Positions 1 to 12,281 are shown, counted from the first letter of the whole stretch. The stretch: DNA of 62,510 nucleotides, filler included, from Polymyxa betae A26-41 (GCA_003693705.1; 4 parts of 4 records of this genome joined end to end with filler, not necessarily neighbours in it); one strand, 5' to 3'. The notes: a model not told the origin generated them from the letters alone. Program-made: numbers and translations.

Positions 1-724
1 GAAATTTGTCGCTTTTTTTTGTCTATTTTTTTTATATATTTTTTATATCTATTTTCTATCATTTTTTACTCTTTTTTGTTAGAAAATAATAGAAAAAGAA
101 TAAAAAATAGAAATATAAATGTCGCAAAAGTAGGTCGGGAAATTGAAAAAAACAGAAACTTTTTTATTTTGGAATTTTTTTTTTTGGAAATGAAAAACAT
201 GGAAATTTTTTTTTGGATTTTTTTGAGTTTTGCGACCATACAAAAAAGGTATTTTGCGAGTTATTTTTTACCATTTTGCGAGTTTTGAAGTTTTTTTGCG
301 AGTTCTAAAAAATTATACAAAATGATTATCAAAAAACATAGATTAATTACTGATTATGATTTTTTTATATAATTTAAAATCAATTTAAAATATAAAACTG
401 GTTAGGTGCGGATGATTTGGATTAATATATGGGTTTAATCCCGATTTTTTTTGAAAAGTTTTTTAAGAATGATATTATTAAAAAAAATCCCAAAAATATC
501 ACGTTATAGGGTCTTATAACGTGATATTGAAAAACGACTTCAAAAATATCACATAAAAAAATCACGTTATAGGGTCTTATAACGTGATATTATTGAAAAA
601 CGATTTCAAAATTGAAAAACGATTTCAAAAATAAGTGATATTTTTGAAATCGTTTTTCAATAATGTCACGTTATAAGACCCTATAACGTGATATTTTTGG
701 GATTTTTTTTAATAATATCATTCT
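1..724. mobile_element. Very AT-rich terminus of an unidentified element (Polinton/virus-like or foldback-type) inserted into the gypsy pol region
   Basis: Composition switches abruptly at 724/725. TTTTGCGAGTT-like repeats lie at 250-305 and a long inverted repeat at 466-724. The gypsy ORF loses recognisable sequence exactly at this junction. The other end is outside the window, so no TSD can be tested. Confidence 0.5.
466..724. repeat. Long inverted repeat (arms of about 87-90 bp) containing three copies of a 34-bp spaced palindrome
   Basis: 466-552 is the reverse complement of 635-724 (one 3-nt indel, one mismatch). AATATCACGTTATA-GGGTCT-TATAACGTGATATT occurs at 495-528, a direct copy at 561-591 and an inverted copy at 662-695. 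Confidence 0.92.
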
Positions 725-2346
725 GGTATGGGTGGTCTCCTTGTGCGTGTTGACTGATTCAACAGTTGAAACAGCAAAATTATTATCGGGCTCATCAACG
801 ACGTCAAGGCGTTGAGCGCCTAGCGCGGTGACCATGCTATCCACATCAATGCCTAAGACGAGAAGAAGCGGTCGCCCGAGGAGGACTTCAGGCATGTCGA
901 CATCAAGAACGTGAACCCAATGACGACGAACCGTTACGGGTCCAGCCGTCGTGTGAATCGCAATATCAGCGAGAAACTTCAAAGAAGAAGTATGAACGGA
1001 ACCGTCGCCTAAACTGAAACATTGCATGACTTGACAAGTCTCGGGTTCGGCAGATGGTATGAGAGTCCATGAATTCTTTCCGACAACGGTGTAATCAGCA
1101 CCGTCATCCAGAATGGTTGCAAAATTGAAACCACGAGAGCCCACCACGATACGGACCGAGGAATTCAGCCGAGGAATTGGTTTGGAGACTAGCGGCACTG
1201 GAGCATTACTGGAGGCAGTGGCGTTCTCAATTGGGACAGCAACAGATGCTAGCTGCACAGGAGATGGAATAGCAGGGGCAGACCAGAAGGAATAATAATC
1301 AGCAACAGCCAAACGATTGGCTTTAGCAGCAACCGATGAACCGGTCGACGGGCCGGTCTGTGGCGTGGCGGATGTGCTGGCAGCATTGGAAGAACTGGAC
1401 GGCGTAGCAGCGGTAGTAGCTGTACCCGACGTAGCTTGTGATCTTGTAAAGTTTGTTTTATAGAAACTGGACGAACCCGTATGGGTGTTCGCGGGCTTAG
1501 AGCCGGTCTTGTTCTGCTGAGTTGTTGCTGTAGCACTTGATGAGGTCGCTGAAGTGGCGGGATTAGTAGCCGCTTCTGCTCGTTTGCGTTGCCTGAATTC
1601 CTCCAGTAAACGTTTGGCTTCATCGGGAGTACAGCTGGAACATTTGACAACGTGATGGGACCCTTTGCACATGAAACATTCTAGGGTTTTCGAAGTGGAT
1701 GTAAAGGTCTTGCTGGAAGAGCCATGAACGTCACGATCGAACCGTTTGAACGCCTTCAACGTCTCCAGAAGAAAATCATGAAACTTGCCAAGATCGGCTT
1801 GTGATTCGATTTCTTCGACATCCAGGGCAGCGTTCACAGTTTCGCGCAGCGAGTCGGGATGCAAAGCTTCAACCATGCCTTGGATCTGCTTCTTCTGCAG
1901 CTCTGTGTGTTTACTGAAATGTTCGACCAGGCCTTGCTTGTCTAAGATCCTTCGGACTGGCGGAAAAGGTCCATAACACTCAGCTGAGGGTCGCCATGGT
2001 GGACAAGTTTCAGAGACTTGAAAAGGTCTCTGCTGCCGTAAGCATTCCGGACAGCAAGGCCGGTATACTCTTGAAGATGCTTTAGCAAGATATCATCAAC
2101 CACAGTCTTATTTGAGCCTGATGGCAACTTAAGTATGTAAGTACATACATGCTGTAAAATCCATGGTACAATTGCAGCCCGGAGAGGAATAGCAGAAAGA
2201 TTTCGATTCTCATCCTTAATGACTTCATTGAAACGCTTGATCTGATCCTTATAAGCTTCCCATTCGATAATGAAAGCTTTGACAACGGTGCGGTCGTAGC
2301 CTTCCAGCTTTGGAGGCCCAATCATAGACATTTGAACAGGGTTCAT
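725..2346 (-). pseudogene. Ty3/gypsy-like LTR retrotransposon gag + aspartic protease, frameshifted and truncated before RT
   Basis: ORFs 1942-2346 and 671-1876 join through a 1-nt frameshift near 1950. Zinc knuckle CFMCKGSHHVVKC; retropepsin motifs ILDDGADYTVV and VLLGRPLL; Ser/Thr-rich linker between them. Confidence 0.8.
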
Positions 2347-2854
2347 GACGATTGAAACAATGAGATTGGACTAATTCGCGGGAGCAGAAATCAAGAACAC
2401 TTCTGAAGTGTTTAGTGTCTACTAAGTTTCGGCAACCGTAACTTTTCGACTAAAGACAGTAGAATTGCTAGGGTACGGTTGGCAACCAAGCCGCGGCCGA
2501 AGCCTTCCCCTAGATCACTAAATGTCGTCTAACAGACGACTGAACGGCCACCTAATACCTCTTCGCTGTACTCGGGACCCGACCCAGAGAGAGTCTGAAG
2601 CTCGAATGGAGAGAGAGAAAACAGGTGAAGCGAAACGGTCAATATCGACCAGTCAACACAAAGCGTGCGTTAAGAGGGAGCGGAACGGTTGGCAACGACT
2701 AAGACGAAAATTCGACGCCAGACGACGAACCTCGGTTGAGGAAACGGGCACGACACCCAAAGGGGCGGCCTTGATTTGAGGTAGAGAGTTACGCAGAACT
2801 CGGAGCTTAGCTACAAAGCGAGCAGGAGCGAACGGAAGTACGAAAATAGGCCTA

Positions 2855-3026
2855 TGAGACGGCTTCCGAGCCGCCAGGGTCTAAAACTAGAAAGTAGATG
2901 CAAAGATGATAGCACACAAAGAACTATGGTACTGTATTGAGGTCAGATACACTAGGTCACAGGAAGGGCACGTGACCTAAAAAGAAAATATCTCTAAAGA
3001 ATAAAAATAGGCGATTTCACGTCTCA
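2855..3026 (-). repeat. Candidate 5' LTR of the gypsy element (172 bp)
   Basis: Bounded by 7-bp inverted ends TGAGACG...CGTCTCA (TG..CA) and upstream of gag on the minus strand. No partner LTR in the window and no canonical TGG PBS. Confidence 0.4.
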
Positions 3027-3098
3027 TAATGTTTTTTCTGCGCGGCGGAGTTTTTTAACATCAGTTTTATTTCGAGATCCCCATTGGGCATGGAGAGC

Positions 3099-3114
3099 TA
3101 CAGCTCAAGACACC
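3099..3114 (-). repeat. PIF/Harbinger terminal inverted repeat (right end of a copy)
   Basis: TACAGCTCAAGACACC is the exact reverse complement of GGTGTCTTGAGCTGTA at 7499-7514 and is followed by TTA. Confidence 0.75.
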
Positions 3115-3118
3115 TTAA

Positions 3119-6100
3119 CCCTGATCAGGGGTCCGGACCCGTTAAATTATAACGGGTCAACTTAAACTGCATAGAAATGGGGTGATTTTGGAATTTCACC
3201 GACTAAATTTTATATGGGCTAATAGCTTACAACTAGCAGAGTGTATTTATTGCTGCGGTTTGCAAAGAACACCTTAATTATTGTTAGCACATCCTTTTGA
3301 AATCTCCCGAATCTCTCAAAACCCCGTACCCGTTATAATATAACCGGTGGGCTGCAGCAATTGCGCTTACATCGAGGGTGGGGTAGGGAAGGTCTGGCAT
3401 GTCGATCTTTGAAAGCAAACATCATTTTTTATTATATACGTATTTAAAAAGTGGATGTTAGCCTTCAACGTTGGGCAAGTTACCATCAGCCCTGAGTTGC
3501 CGAACTTCTGCTCTTGTTAGCGTCCCCGTTCTCCCTTTTGTTGTTTTCTTAGGCTTGATTCGAGGCTGTAGAAACCCTCGACTTTCGTGAATCAACGCAA
3601 AGCAGGACAAATCGTAATCCAGCGCTCGCTGCACACACATGTTCATATCGCAATCTTTGCAGAATGCGGTTGTCTGGGAACAGCATAAGGGACATTCAGC
3701 TTTCTTTCGCGTCCCACGTTCATGTTGAATATCAGGGTGAAGACGATGGGTTTTCCCGACGTTGCTGTTAAGCCACTTCAGTCTGTTCGTTTTTGCGATG
3801 GTTACCTGCAAGTGCTGAGACCGCGATGGAGAACCTTCTTGCACTACGACGATGGCCGAGTTATTTCCTGTCAGCCTGTCGGAAGGTTTCCAGGGAAAGC
3901 TAACTTCGTTTAGAAAATCCCAGAATGAACCGCGGCGATTCAGATCTTGACGAAGTTTCTTGTAGCTTACATAGTAATCAAACCGTCCAGTTTGAATGAT
4001 CCGGAAGACCAGATGAGCGTTCATCAGTGAAGTCATAATGAACCTGTTGTAAAAGAATAATCGCGGGGTCAAAGAGCGAAAATCGACCTTAATGTTTTTT
4101 AGAATACGGGATGCTGTGTCCTGTCCTCCCTTTAGATGGTTCCACAAAGAGACTGTGTCAGGATATAGATCATGAGCGGGTGGAGAATCGGGATGTGTCT
4201 GGTGCTGAAAGATCAAAGCCGAACTTAATCGTCTCCAGAGTTGAATTGTGTGAGCGTCAGTAGCATGACCGAAGACAGAGATATCGCTATCGTCCAGATT
4301 ATCGTAAAACGATAAAAGGTTCATTGCATTACGCTCGACAAAAGCAACATACGTGTCTCGGAAGTGCTGTACAATGTGCACCAGAACCGCATAGATTATG
4401 GACCTTGTGTCAGCAACAACAAAGAGGCAGTGTTCCGCTCCTGTAACAGCTACGTGATGAAAACACTGAGATCGATAACTTTTCGTCCAAACGAGCTCAT
4501 TGAACAGAGACGAAACAAAAAAAGTGCCGAAGAACTCAGTCGTGACGTCACCTTGAAGAATTCGGCCTTGATCCAGACTCTGACGAGCTTCAGATGCGGT
4601 ACCGGGAGTAGTCATAGTCTTCATCTCCAACACGAACAGAAATAAATCGTCACTCTCGGTCTCCTTCAGAACACCGAGTCCATCAACAGAGGTCGCCATG
4701 CGAGAAGAGTGCTCGCCAATAAATTTTCTTCGAAGCAGTCCCCGCTCTACGATGTCATCGACTAGCGAGTATCCACAATTTGACTGGCGAATGAACTCGG
4801 GCAATGTCTCCATAATCTTGGATTCGTTTTTGCTCCCGATCTTGAAGTAAGAACTCGAAATTGGCTTCAGAAACCACAGACTTACCATACGTTGAGGAAC
4901 AAAAACGTGGGGCGAGAGCGGAGGAGCGTCCAGTAGATTATTGATCAGCAGTTCTTTGGTACCGGATGATCTCAGTCCTCGCTGCTCGCAAAGAGATTTT
5001 AGCTCAACCAGTGTATACGTACGAAGATCCTCCCTTGAAGGCAAAGTAGCAGGATTCTCCATCACCCGAATTCCCAGTAGGGACAGCAGGTTCCGCTCAT
5101 CATCGCTGGTTGTCAGACCCTGACAGCATTTTAAAAGTAACAAAGCAACAGTCGAAGTTACCAAGCCTTCGCCGGCTCGAATAAAATGCCATTCGACACC
5201 TCCATGTGCCGGTGTCAAAGAGACAGTGTTCTCATCCACAATTCGTAATAAATCGTGACCAGGGAGCGATGCCGTCCAGAACCCTGGTTTTTTGGGCTTG
5301 TATATCCACTTTTCAAGCCAGGGGGTTGATGATACCAGCAGCGGTACTCTCCCTCGTCCGCCGCGATAAGCAATTGCATAAACATGTCGGCTGTCAACTG
5401 TTTTAACGGCAGAGTAAATCGATTTCGCACCGGCTTCGTTAACCCTGCTACAGAAATATTTCAGTGGTTGACAAAACGCGATGAAAACGTTTACGCTGTG
5501 CTTCCAGTTGATGTAGATTCTGTCCCAAAAGTGAATGGAAACGAGCGAGAGCGTTTAAAGGTTCCAATTATTTTTAATCCCGCCTTGGATAGGCACTTCA
5601 ACAAGTTCTCCCCCTGGTATCCTCGATCGCAAGCGAAAAGCCATGACAGCACGCTCTAATGACTTGCCGAACGACTCACCTTTCTCGCATAGACGCATGC
5701 CTAAAACAATCCCTGAAATAAGAGAGACAACATTCGTTGAAACTGGTCCAAAGGCCTTCTTGGCGATATTGAATCCACTGAATCCCATCTCCTCAGATAG
5801 GACGGACGACAAACGGTTTTGATCGTCGTCAGCGCTCAGAATCGACTGTCCACGAACGTATGCAATCCTGCATGCTGTCTCTGAAATCGCTCTCTCCATT
5901 GATCGTACACGCTGGTCTTTTTGGAAAGATTCGTCCCATTTCATGGAAAGACTGGTGCTCTCCCTCTTCTTTTTCAACGTCTTAAAGATCTTGTCAAAAC
6001 CGGTCTTATCCAACGCAGCTGCCATCGGAAATCTGGAGGCGTTTTTGGAAGAGAAGAAGCGAGATGGATTGGCGCCTGAAGCTGCCAAATTGACCAAAAC

Positions 6101-6811
6101 TCGGATATTATTGCAGATTTCCCCTGAAACAATCAGGATTCCAATGATGACAATACAAAACGTGCAATCTGGTCTACCTCATTTCAAGGTCGAATCGAGC
6201 GGCAGCCCCTCTTTAACTGCTTCCACCAGTTCGTTGAAAATACCTGATCATTCCTTGTTGAGTGGATCAGGCAATGAATGCAACGAGCTTAACTGACCTT
6301 TCAAAAAGTAATTAACGCAGTCACTCATGGTTGGGTTAGTCTTGTGCATCACTTGGCGTGCCATCTGCACAATATTGCCAAGCTCAGTCTTCGCCTTATT
6401 CACCAGAAGGCCATCGACGGGAATGCCAGAAATGGAAATGTCAGCGAAAGCCCTATTGGAAACAGGACGCCAAGCACCACCGTCGAGCTCCTCCGACGGT
6501 TCCAATACGTCAAGATCGACGTCAAGGTTGTCGAAAAACGCCTCGAGAGTAGCCATGCGGCAAGCGAGAAGAATACAGTAACTTTGATGTAGTTAGCAAC
6601 GACGGTGGTCCCCAGAGCGCATTGTGCGGGGCAAAATATGAAATTTTTTCTAAGAAACTTAGGATTTTTATCAAATATTGAAGTCACAATTCAGACATCA
6701 GCTTGTTAGCATTTGCAGCCATGACCCGTTATAATATAACGGGTCCGGTCAAAAGAGACGATCTCGAAAAATTGCACACCCGTTATTATATAACGGGTCT
6801 ACGGATCAGGG
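3119..6811 (-). mobile_element. piggyBac-like DNA transposon (3693 bp) with TTAA target-site duplication
   Basis: TTAA at 3115-3118 and 6812-6815. Termini CCCTGATC...GATCAGGG. Subterminal palindromes of the ACCCGTTA-W-rich-TAACGGGT type near 3137, 3328, 6723 and 6778. Confidence 0.92.
3458..6556 (-). pseudogene. piggyBac-type DDD transposase with inserted SAP and YqaJ/lambda-exonuclease-like domains and a C-terminal Cys-rich domain; disrupted, with probable 5' introns
   Basis: Catalytic motifs: ILSADDD (~5828), ACDRGY...IIGTFKR (alternative frame, ~5617-5628) and WNHLKGGQD (4118-4129). SAP motif YTLVELKSLCEQRGLRSSGTKELLINNL. PD-(D/E)xK motifs TSVDGL...VLEMKT...YRSQCFHHVAVTG..CLFV. C-terminal CPLC..T.AFCKDC...C......CF..IH. 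Confidence 0.8.
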
Positions 6812-7498
6812 TTAAAAGGACAGTGTTTCAATTTGATTTCGAAAAAGTCCGTAATTTTAGAAATAAAATTTCGTCTTTTCAGAAATCCTCATTTATTCCA
6901 ATTTATTCACAGCCCGCGTTGGGAATCGACGATGGCTCTTGTACTTTTTGACAGCAACTTCAATTTGCTGTGGAGTCAAAGAATTACCTCTGTCATCCCT
7001 TAAGCGGTAAGCGTCCATATAACGGTAGCATTTTCATCATCATCGCTAAGAGGGTAAACTTCCGGACAGTCGATTTTCAATGACCGCCTCTCTATTCTTG
7101 GGTTTCTTAGAGCCGATGGCTTCTCGCGCTGCTTCCAGCTGCCTCCATCTGAGGTTTCTTGGAGCCATGTCTTATCGATGAAGAGAGAGAGATGGGATGA
7201 TGACTCGCACATGTTATTGCGAGGAGGCTGCGCACACAATTGCGGGAGACTAAATAAAAGTGTGACAGTCTCGCGGAAAAATATGCGGTCGCAAATATGT
7301 GAAGTTTCAAAAACCGTTCCGCCTATATAACTTCGGACGGTATCAGGGGCCGCAATTTTTATTTTCTTTTTATATCTGATTCTGTAATTTTGTTTATCTC
7401 CTCGAGATCTATCGATTGACAGTGAGAAAACCATGAACAGCCAAATTGGGCCTTCCCATATACAGATCCCCGTGGCTCCTAACAAATTGTCTCTTTAA

Positions 7499-9128
7499 GG
7501 TGTCTTGAGCTGTATCCAATTTTGGCGGGACTACAGCACAGATTGTACCTAGGTTTTAAATAAAACCATGTCGTTGATCGGGTATCTGTTCCATGATTTG
7601 GCTCCTGCGCTCGCAGTAGACGATATAGACGACATCCTTCTCAACGACTGTGACATCACAAGTTCGGAAAGCAGCCAAGAGAAAGCAGGCGGCTCGCGAA
7701 TTGGAAGAAGCTCCAATTTAGAACGGGACTTCGCTGTCGCTCACAAGCGTATCTACAACGACTACTTTGCTGAGAGACCGGTTTACGATTCCAATTTATT
7801 TCGACGTCGATTCAGAATGCGACGAGCGTTATTTTTGAGAATAGTTGCTGCAGTCAAAGACCACGATAATTACTTCCTGCAAAGGAAGAATGCCATTGAA
7901 GAACTCGGATTATCCACTCTCCAGAAGTGTGTAGCTGCTATTCGTATTCTGGCATATGGCTGTTCTTACGACGCCGTTGATGAGTATGTCAAAATCGGCG
8001 AATCTACTGCAAGCGAGTGCCTGGAGCGATTCTGTGATGCCATTATTGCTCTATTCGGAGAGGAATATCTACGGTCGCCTACAGTGGATGATCTGCAAAG
8101 AATTATGCAAGAAAATGCCAACAGGGGATTTCCAGGAATGATTGGATCCATCGATTGCTAAAATTGGAAATGGAAAAATTGCCCAAGAGCCTGGCAGGGA
8201 TCATATCGAGGGCAAAGGAACCTGCATAGTGCTTGAAGCTGTAGTTTCCAATGATCTTTATTTTTGGCATGCTTTTTTCGGCATGCCAGGAGCCTTGAAT
8301 GATATTAACGTCGTGCAACGATCAACTTTAATTCATTCGCTTATGAACGGGATTTCTCACAAAATCCAGTATGAAGTTAACGGCATGACATACTATATGC
8401 CATACTGGCTTGCTGATGGTATATACCCCAACTGGCCTGTATTCGTTAAAACTATTCCTGATCCACAGGGGGCAGCGAGGAATTATTTTGCTGAGACCCA
8501 GGAGAATTGTCGCAAGGATATCGAAAGGGCTTTCGGAGTGCTTCAGCAGCGGTTTGCTATCGCAAAGAATCCTGCTCGATCTTGGAGCAAGGAAAGATAG
8601 GGAAAGATCATGACCACCCTTACTATCTTGCACAATATGATAGTTGAAGACGAGAGAGTTGACCCAAACCTACTGGAGAACATGGATTTCTTACCTAGGG
8701 AAGTGAGACAGCGCCTTTCTAAGCGTACTGGAAAATCACGAAAACGACGCCGACGACTTCCACAAGCGCCCGACGACAAGATTGAGATATCTCATACTGA
8801 TGTTGGTGATATGCCAGACAGATCACTAGCGGCGATCTTAGACCGAATGGGGAGTGTTCGAGACAGACAGCGACATTACCAGTTACAGGCCGATCTTGCC
8901 TGTCATCTGTGGAATACGAAAGCATCGAAAGCATGAAGGCAACGTTGGCTAGGTATATTTCACTACACCAAAGAGTTAGAAATCAGGTAAGCAATTGTCA
9001 GACATTACACAATCGTAAGGAAACTGATACTCCGCTGGTAGCAAACCGTCCTCCTTCGCCTTCTTAATCTGCTTCTCCATCTCAATTCGGTTTTTTTCGG
9101 CATGAAGTTCAATCAACTGTTTGTTGAT
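7499..9128 (+). mobile_element. PIF/Harbinger DNA transposon, left part; interrupted at ~9129
   Basis: 16-bp TIR at 7499-7514 preceded by TAA, then the transposase. 8976-9128 looks like the C-terminus of a convergent second ORF, the usual PIF layout. Confidence 0.82.
7568..8936 (+). pseudogene. PIF/Harbinger (plant-transposon type) DDE transposase
   Basis: Motifs FRRRFRM, GFPGMIGSIDC, WKNCP, FWHAFFGMPG.LNDINV, YWLADGIYP, RKDIERAFGVLQQRF and ILHNMIVEDER. Stops at 8159-8161 and 8598-8600; frameshift near 8212. Confidence 0.92.
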
Positions 9129-9916
9129 TTGGGCTCCGATCGGGTTCGGGTAGTATCCGAAAAACCCGGGTCGGGTCGGGTCGGGTTCGGGTCGGGTTCG
9201 GGTAGCGGGTCGATACCCGACCCGACTACCCGACTGTATCCGACGGTTAATAATTTGAGTTGTATAAACCGCGCACGGATTTACGTTCAGCTCCCATTTG
9301 TGTATTTTGTCAAGTTGCATCATTGCAGTCACGAATATGGCAACCCGCAAGAGCAAATCACCCATTTTTTCACCGACGCTTTCGCAACTATTCAAAAAAA
9401 GGACTTCAATATTGATTACTCTGACCTTATCGAAACTGTTTCACTTCTGATAATCTCTAATTGGGAGAAACAGTGGCCGATTAGGAGTAATTGGTACTGC
9501 AGAACAGGTCCCCACGACCCCACCCACCGCTACCACAGGGGCAGCTGGTGAAGATTCTTCAGTTTTCACGTACCTCGATGTTCTCTCAATGCGTTTGTGA
9601 AGGCCAATAATGGACGAGGCCGACAATTATTTGAACTTGCGCTGCGAGGATTCTTCTGTTGATCCTTTATACTACATTATATCGCATGCGATGCAGTTTC
9701 ACATCTTTGTCTAAGGAGACATACTGTCCATTCCTGGATCGCCCGTGTCGGATTAAGAAATTTTCAACTGCGGGCAATGTTTTTAGACTGCGTCGACATT
9801 CCCTTCAGCCTGAGACAATAGGTGCATTGTTATTTGGTAGTAACGCACCCAATCAAGATGTTTGTACAGCGATTCTGTGAATTTTTTCTCTAGCCATACA
9901 ATTGTCGAGGCATATC

Positions 9917-10001
9917 TGAAAGAACGGTTGATGGTCGAAATTAAGAAGTGTATTATTAGGGCGTACGGCCTTTATAGAGCCCATGATCTGTTATCATAAC
10001 A
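9917..10001 (-). repeat. Copia 3' LTR (85 bp)
   Basis: Direct repeat of 15092-15179, adjacent to the PPT. Confidence 0.93.
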
Positions 10002-10029
10002 CCTCCCCTCAAATCATGGGCGGCAATTC

Positions 10030-11937
10030 TTAGACCCATCTGGTCACGACACCACAAGAACTTTGTGCTGTTACAGGTTTCGTTAAGAAATCAGATACCA
10101 TTCGTACTGTTTCGCAATACCGAAGTGTGATCTCCTTTTCTTGAATGAGCTCCCTGCTATAATGGTACTTCACTTCAATATGTTTCGTTTTATCGTCGGC
10201 TCTGTTGCTGTTGGCAATAGAAATGCATCCGGCATTATCTTGCACAATTTCAGTTGGAGATTTTTGTTTAACTCCTATCTCGGATAAGAGATGGCGCAGC
10301 CAGAAGGCTTCTCTGGCTCCATCATAGAGTGATGTATATTCCGCCATTGCGGAAGATGTATCAACTCGCCCCTTTCCTTTGCTTTTCCAAGATATTGGAC
10401 CGCCAGCCATCTGGAACACAAAACCGGTCACCGACCTCCGTGTTGCTGTGTCGTTTGCATAATCACTGTCAGCACTGCCCTGCAGAATAGGGAAGACTGA
10501 GGTTTTTCGATAACAGAGCGTTAGACTTTTGGTGTCCTTCTGGTATTGCAATACTCGAATGGCGGCTTTCCAATGCTGGATGCCGGGGTTTCTAGTGAAG
10601 CGGCACAGCATCCCGACGACCTGTATGATATCGGGCCTGGTCGATCGTGCGATCCACAATAAGCGTCCCACCAGCATATCATGTGGGATTTTCTTCATCT
10701 TTTCTATCTCTTCAGTCGACTTAGGACCCATATCTTGTGTCAAATGTCGACCAGGTTGATGGGGGGTCTGAACCGATCTTGGGGTGGCCGGGATGTTAAA
10801 TTTATCGAGAAGCTCTTCTATATAAGGTTCCATATCCACGAATATCGAACCGGATAGTTTGCAAGGTCTGATCCGCATTCCCAATAACCGGGACGGCTCG
10901 CCCAAATCAGATATTTCGAACTTTTCCTTCATCTTGTCTATCATTTGTTCAACTAAATGATCACAATTATGGATAATGAACTGATCATCAACAGCTAGAG
11001 CCAGTATTATCAGGTTGTTGTCGTTGTAGTAATAGTACATGCATGGATCCGACTTTGCGCGAGTTAGTCGTAATTCCAAACAGAGAAATGAATCAAATTC
11101 CTTGTTCCAGGCACGGCCTGCCAGCTTAAGGCCGTAAAGAGCTCGAAGCAGTCTGCATGAAGCTTCTGGAGAATCCTCGTCAACGAATCCGTCCGGCTGC
11201 CTCATCCATATTTGTTCATCCAAGGGTGCGTTTAGATATGCGTTTACAACATCGATTTGCCTCATTTTTAAAATCAGCTCTGCGGCGATGACGAACATTG
11301 CTCTAACTGATTCGTTATGTGCTACCGGAGCGAAAGTTTCATCGAAATTGACCCCTGCCCTCTGAGAAAATCCCTGGACAACGAGTCGGGCTTTGAACCT
11401 CTTCACGCTTCCATCAGCGTTCGGCTTCACATCGAAGACCCAATTACACCCTATTGGTTTGCGGTCTTTGGGTGGTGTTTCTAAACGCCATGTACCGGCA
11501 TCAATCAGCTGACAGTATTCTTTTTGAACAGCCGCTAGCCAATACTCTCGGTAAGGATTTGAATGATCTATGGCTTCCTGAAGACAGTTGGGAGTTCGAA
11601 TCTCATGCGCCTTAAGTCCTTGTAAGTTTGGCTTTTTGTCTGCAGTATGAAACGCATAGTTGAGAGCTTTTTGCTTGATTTTCTTTGGCAGATTAGATGT
11701 CAGGCTGAGGAGATTACAAGTGAAATTATCCTTGTTACGGACCCGAAAGTCGGACAGTCGGTATCGATCTGGTTGTTGACGAGTCCTTTGGGACGTCCTA
11801 GTTCCTCTTGCGGCTTCTTGGTCGCTTTCAAAGACCTCAATGCCAAGAATATCCTCTCCATCGTCTCCTCCTTGAAAATTTGGCTCACGTACTGTAACGT
11901 TATCATCGGTAACATTTTCAATTTCATCATCAATCAA
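10030..11937 (-). pseudogene. Copia reverse transcriptase + RNase H
   Basis: KRFKARLVVQGFSQRAGVNFDETFAPV, QIDVVNAYLNA, LYGLKLAGRAWN, LAVDD (YVDD position), TRPDI, ADSDYA, TRRSVTG, AEY, DN.GCI and KTKHIEVKYH. Confidence 0.95.
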
Positions 11938-12281
11938 TCTGCTCGTAGTTTCGTTATCACAATCGCCAGTGCCGCTCTCGTCACTTTGGTCATTTTCCGT
12001 TTCGAAATCAAACTCCGGCCGCCATCTGGGTTGTAGGGTATTGACGATTCGTGAACTATTCCCATTTCGTTGCAGTAAGCGATGAGAATTCGGTTGAAGA
12101 ACTCGGTCCCATTATCAGTACGCCAAGTTCGAATCAGATCAGTTTTGAGAGAGCCTCGTTTTCGAAATGACTGTCGTTCACATGTTTGAACAATATGTTT
12201 CACATCAGATTTGTGTTTAAAGAAGAACATCCAGCTTCTGGTAGAAAAATCATCAATGAACGACACCATATACCTATTTCC

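Noticed and set aside
19-288. 89-aa Phe/Ile-rich ORF
   Set aside because: Translation of low-complexity AT-rich DNA with no ATG start.
1940-1960. Possible programmed gag frameshift
   Set aside because: It falls inside gag before the zinc knuckle, with no slippery heptamer at the shift site. More likely a 1-nt deletion.
7000-7485. 161-aa minus-strand ORF with LSLFID...WL, reminiscent of Crinkler LFLAK
   Set aside because: No HVLVxxP motif, a non-ATG start and weak similarity. Cannot be supported.
8976-9551. ORFs with GSGRVG / TRPEPDPTR repeats
   Set aside because: Translations of hAT subterminal TCGGG repeats. Only 8976-9128 on the minus strand may be real Harbinger ORF2.
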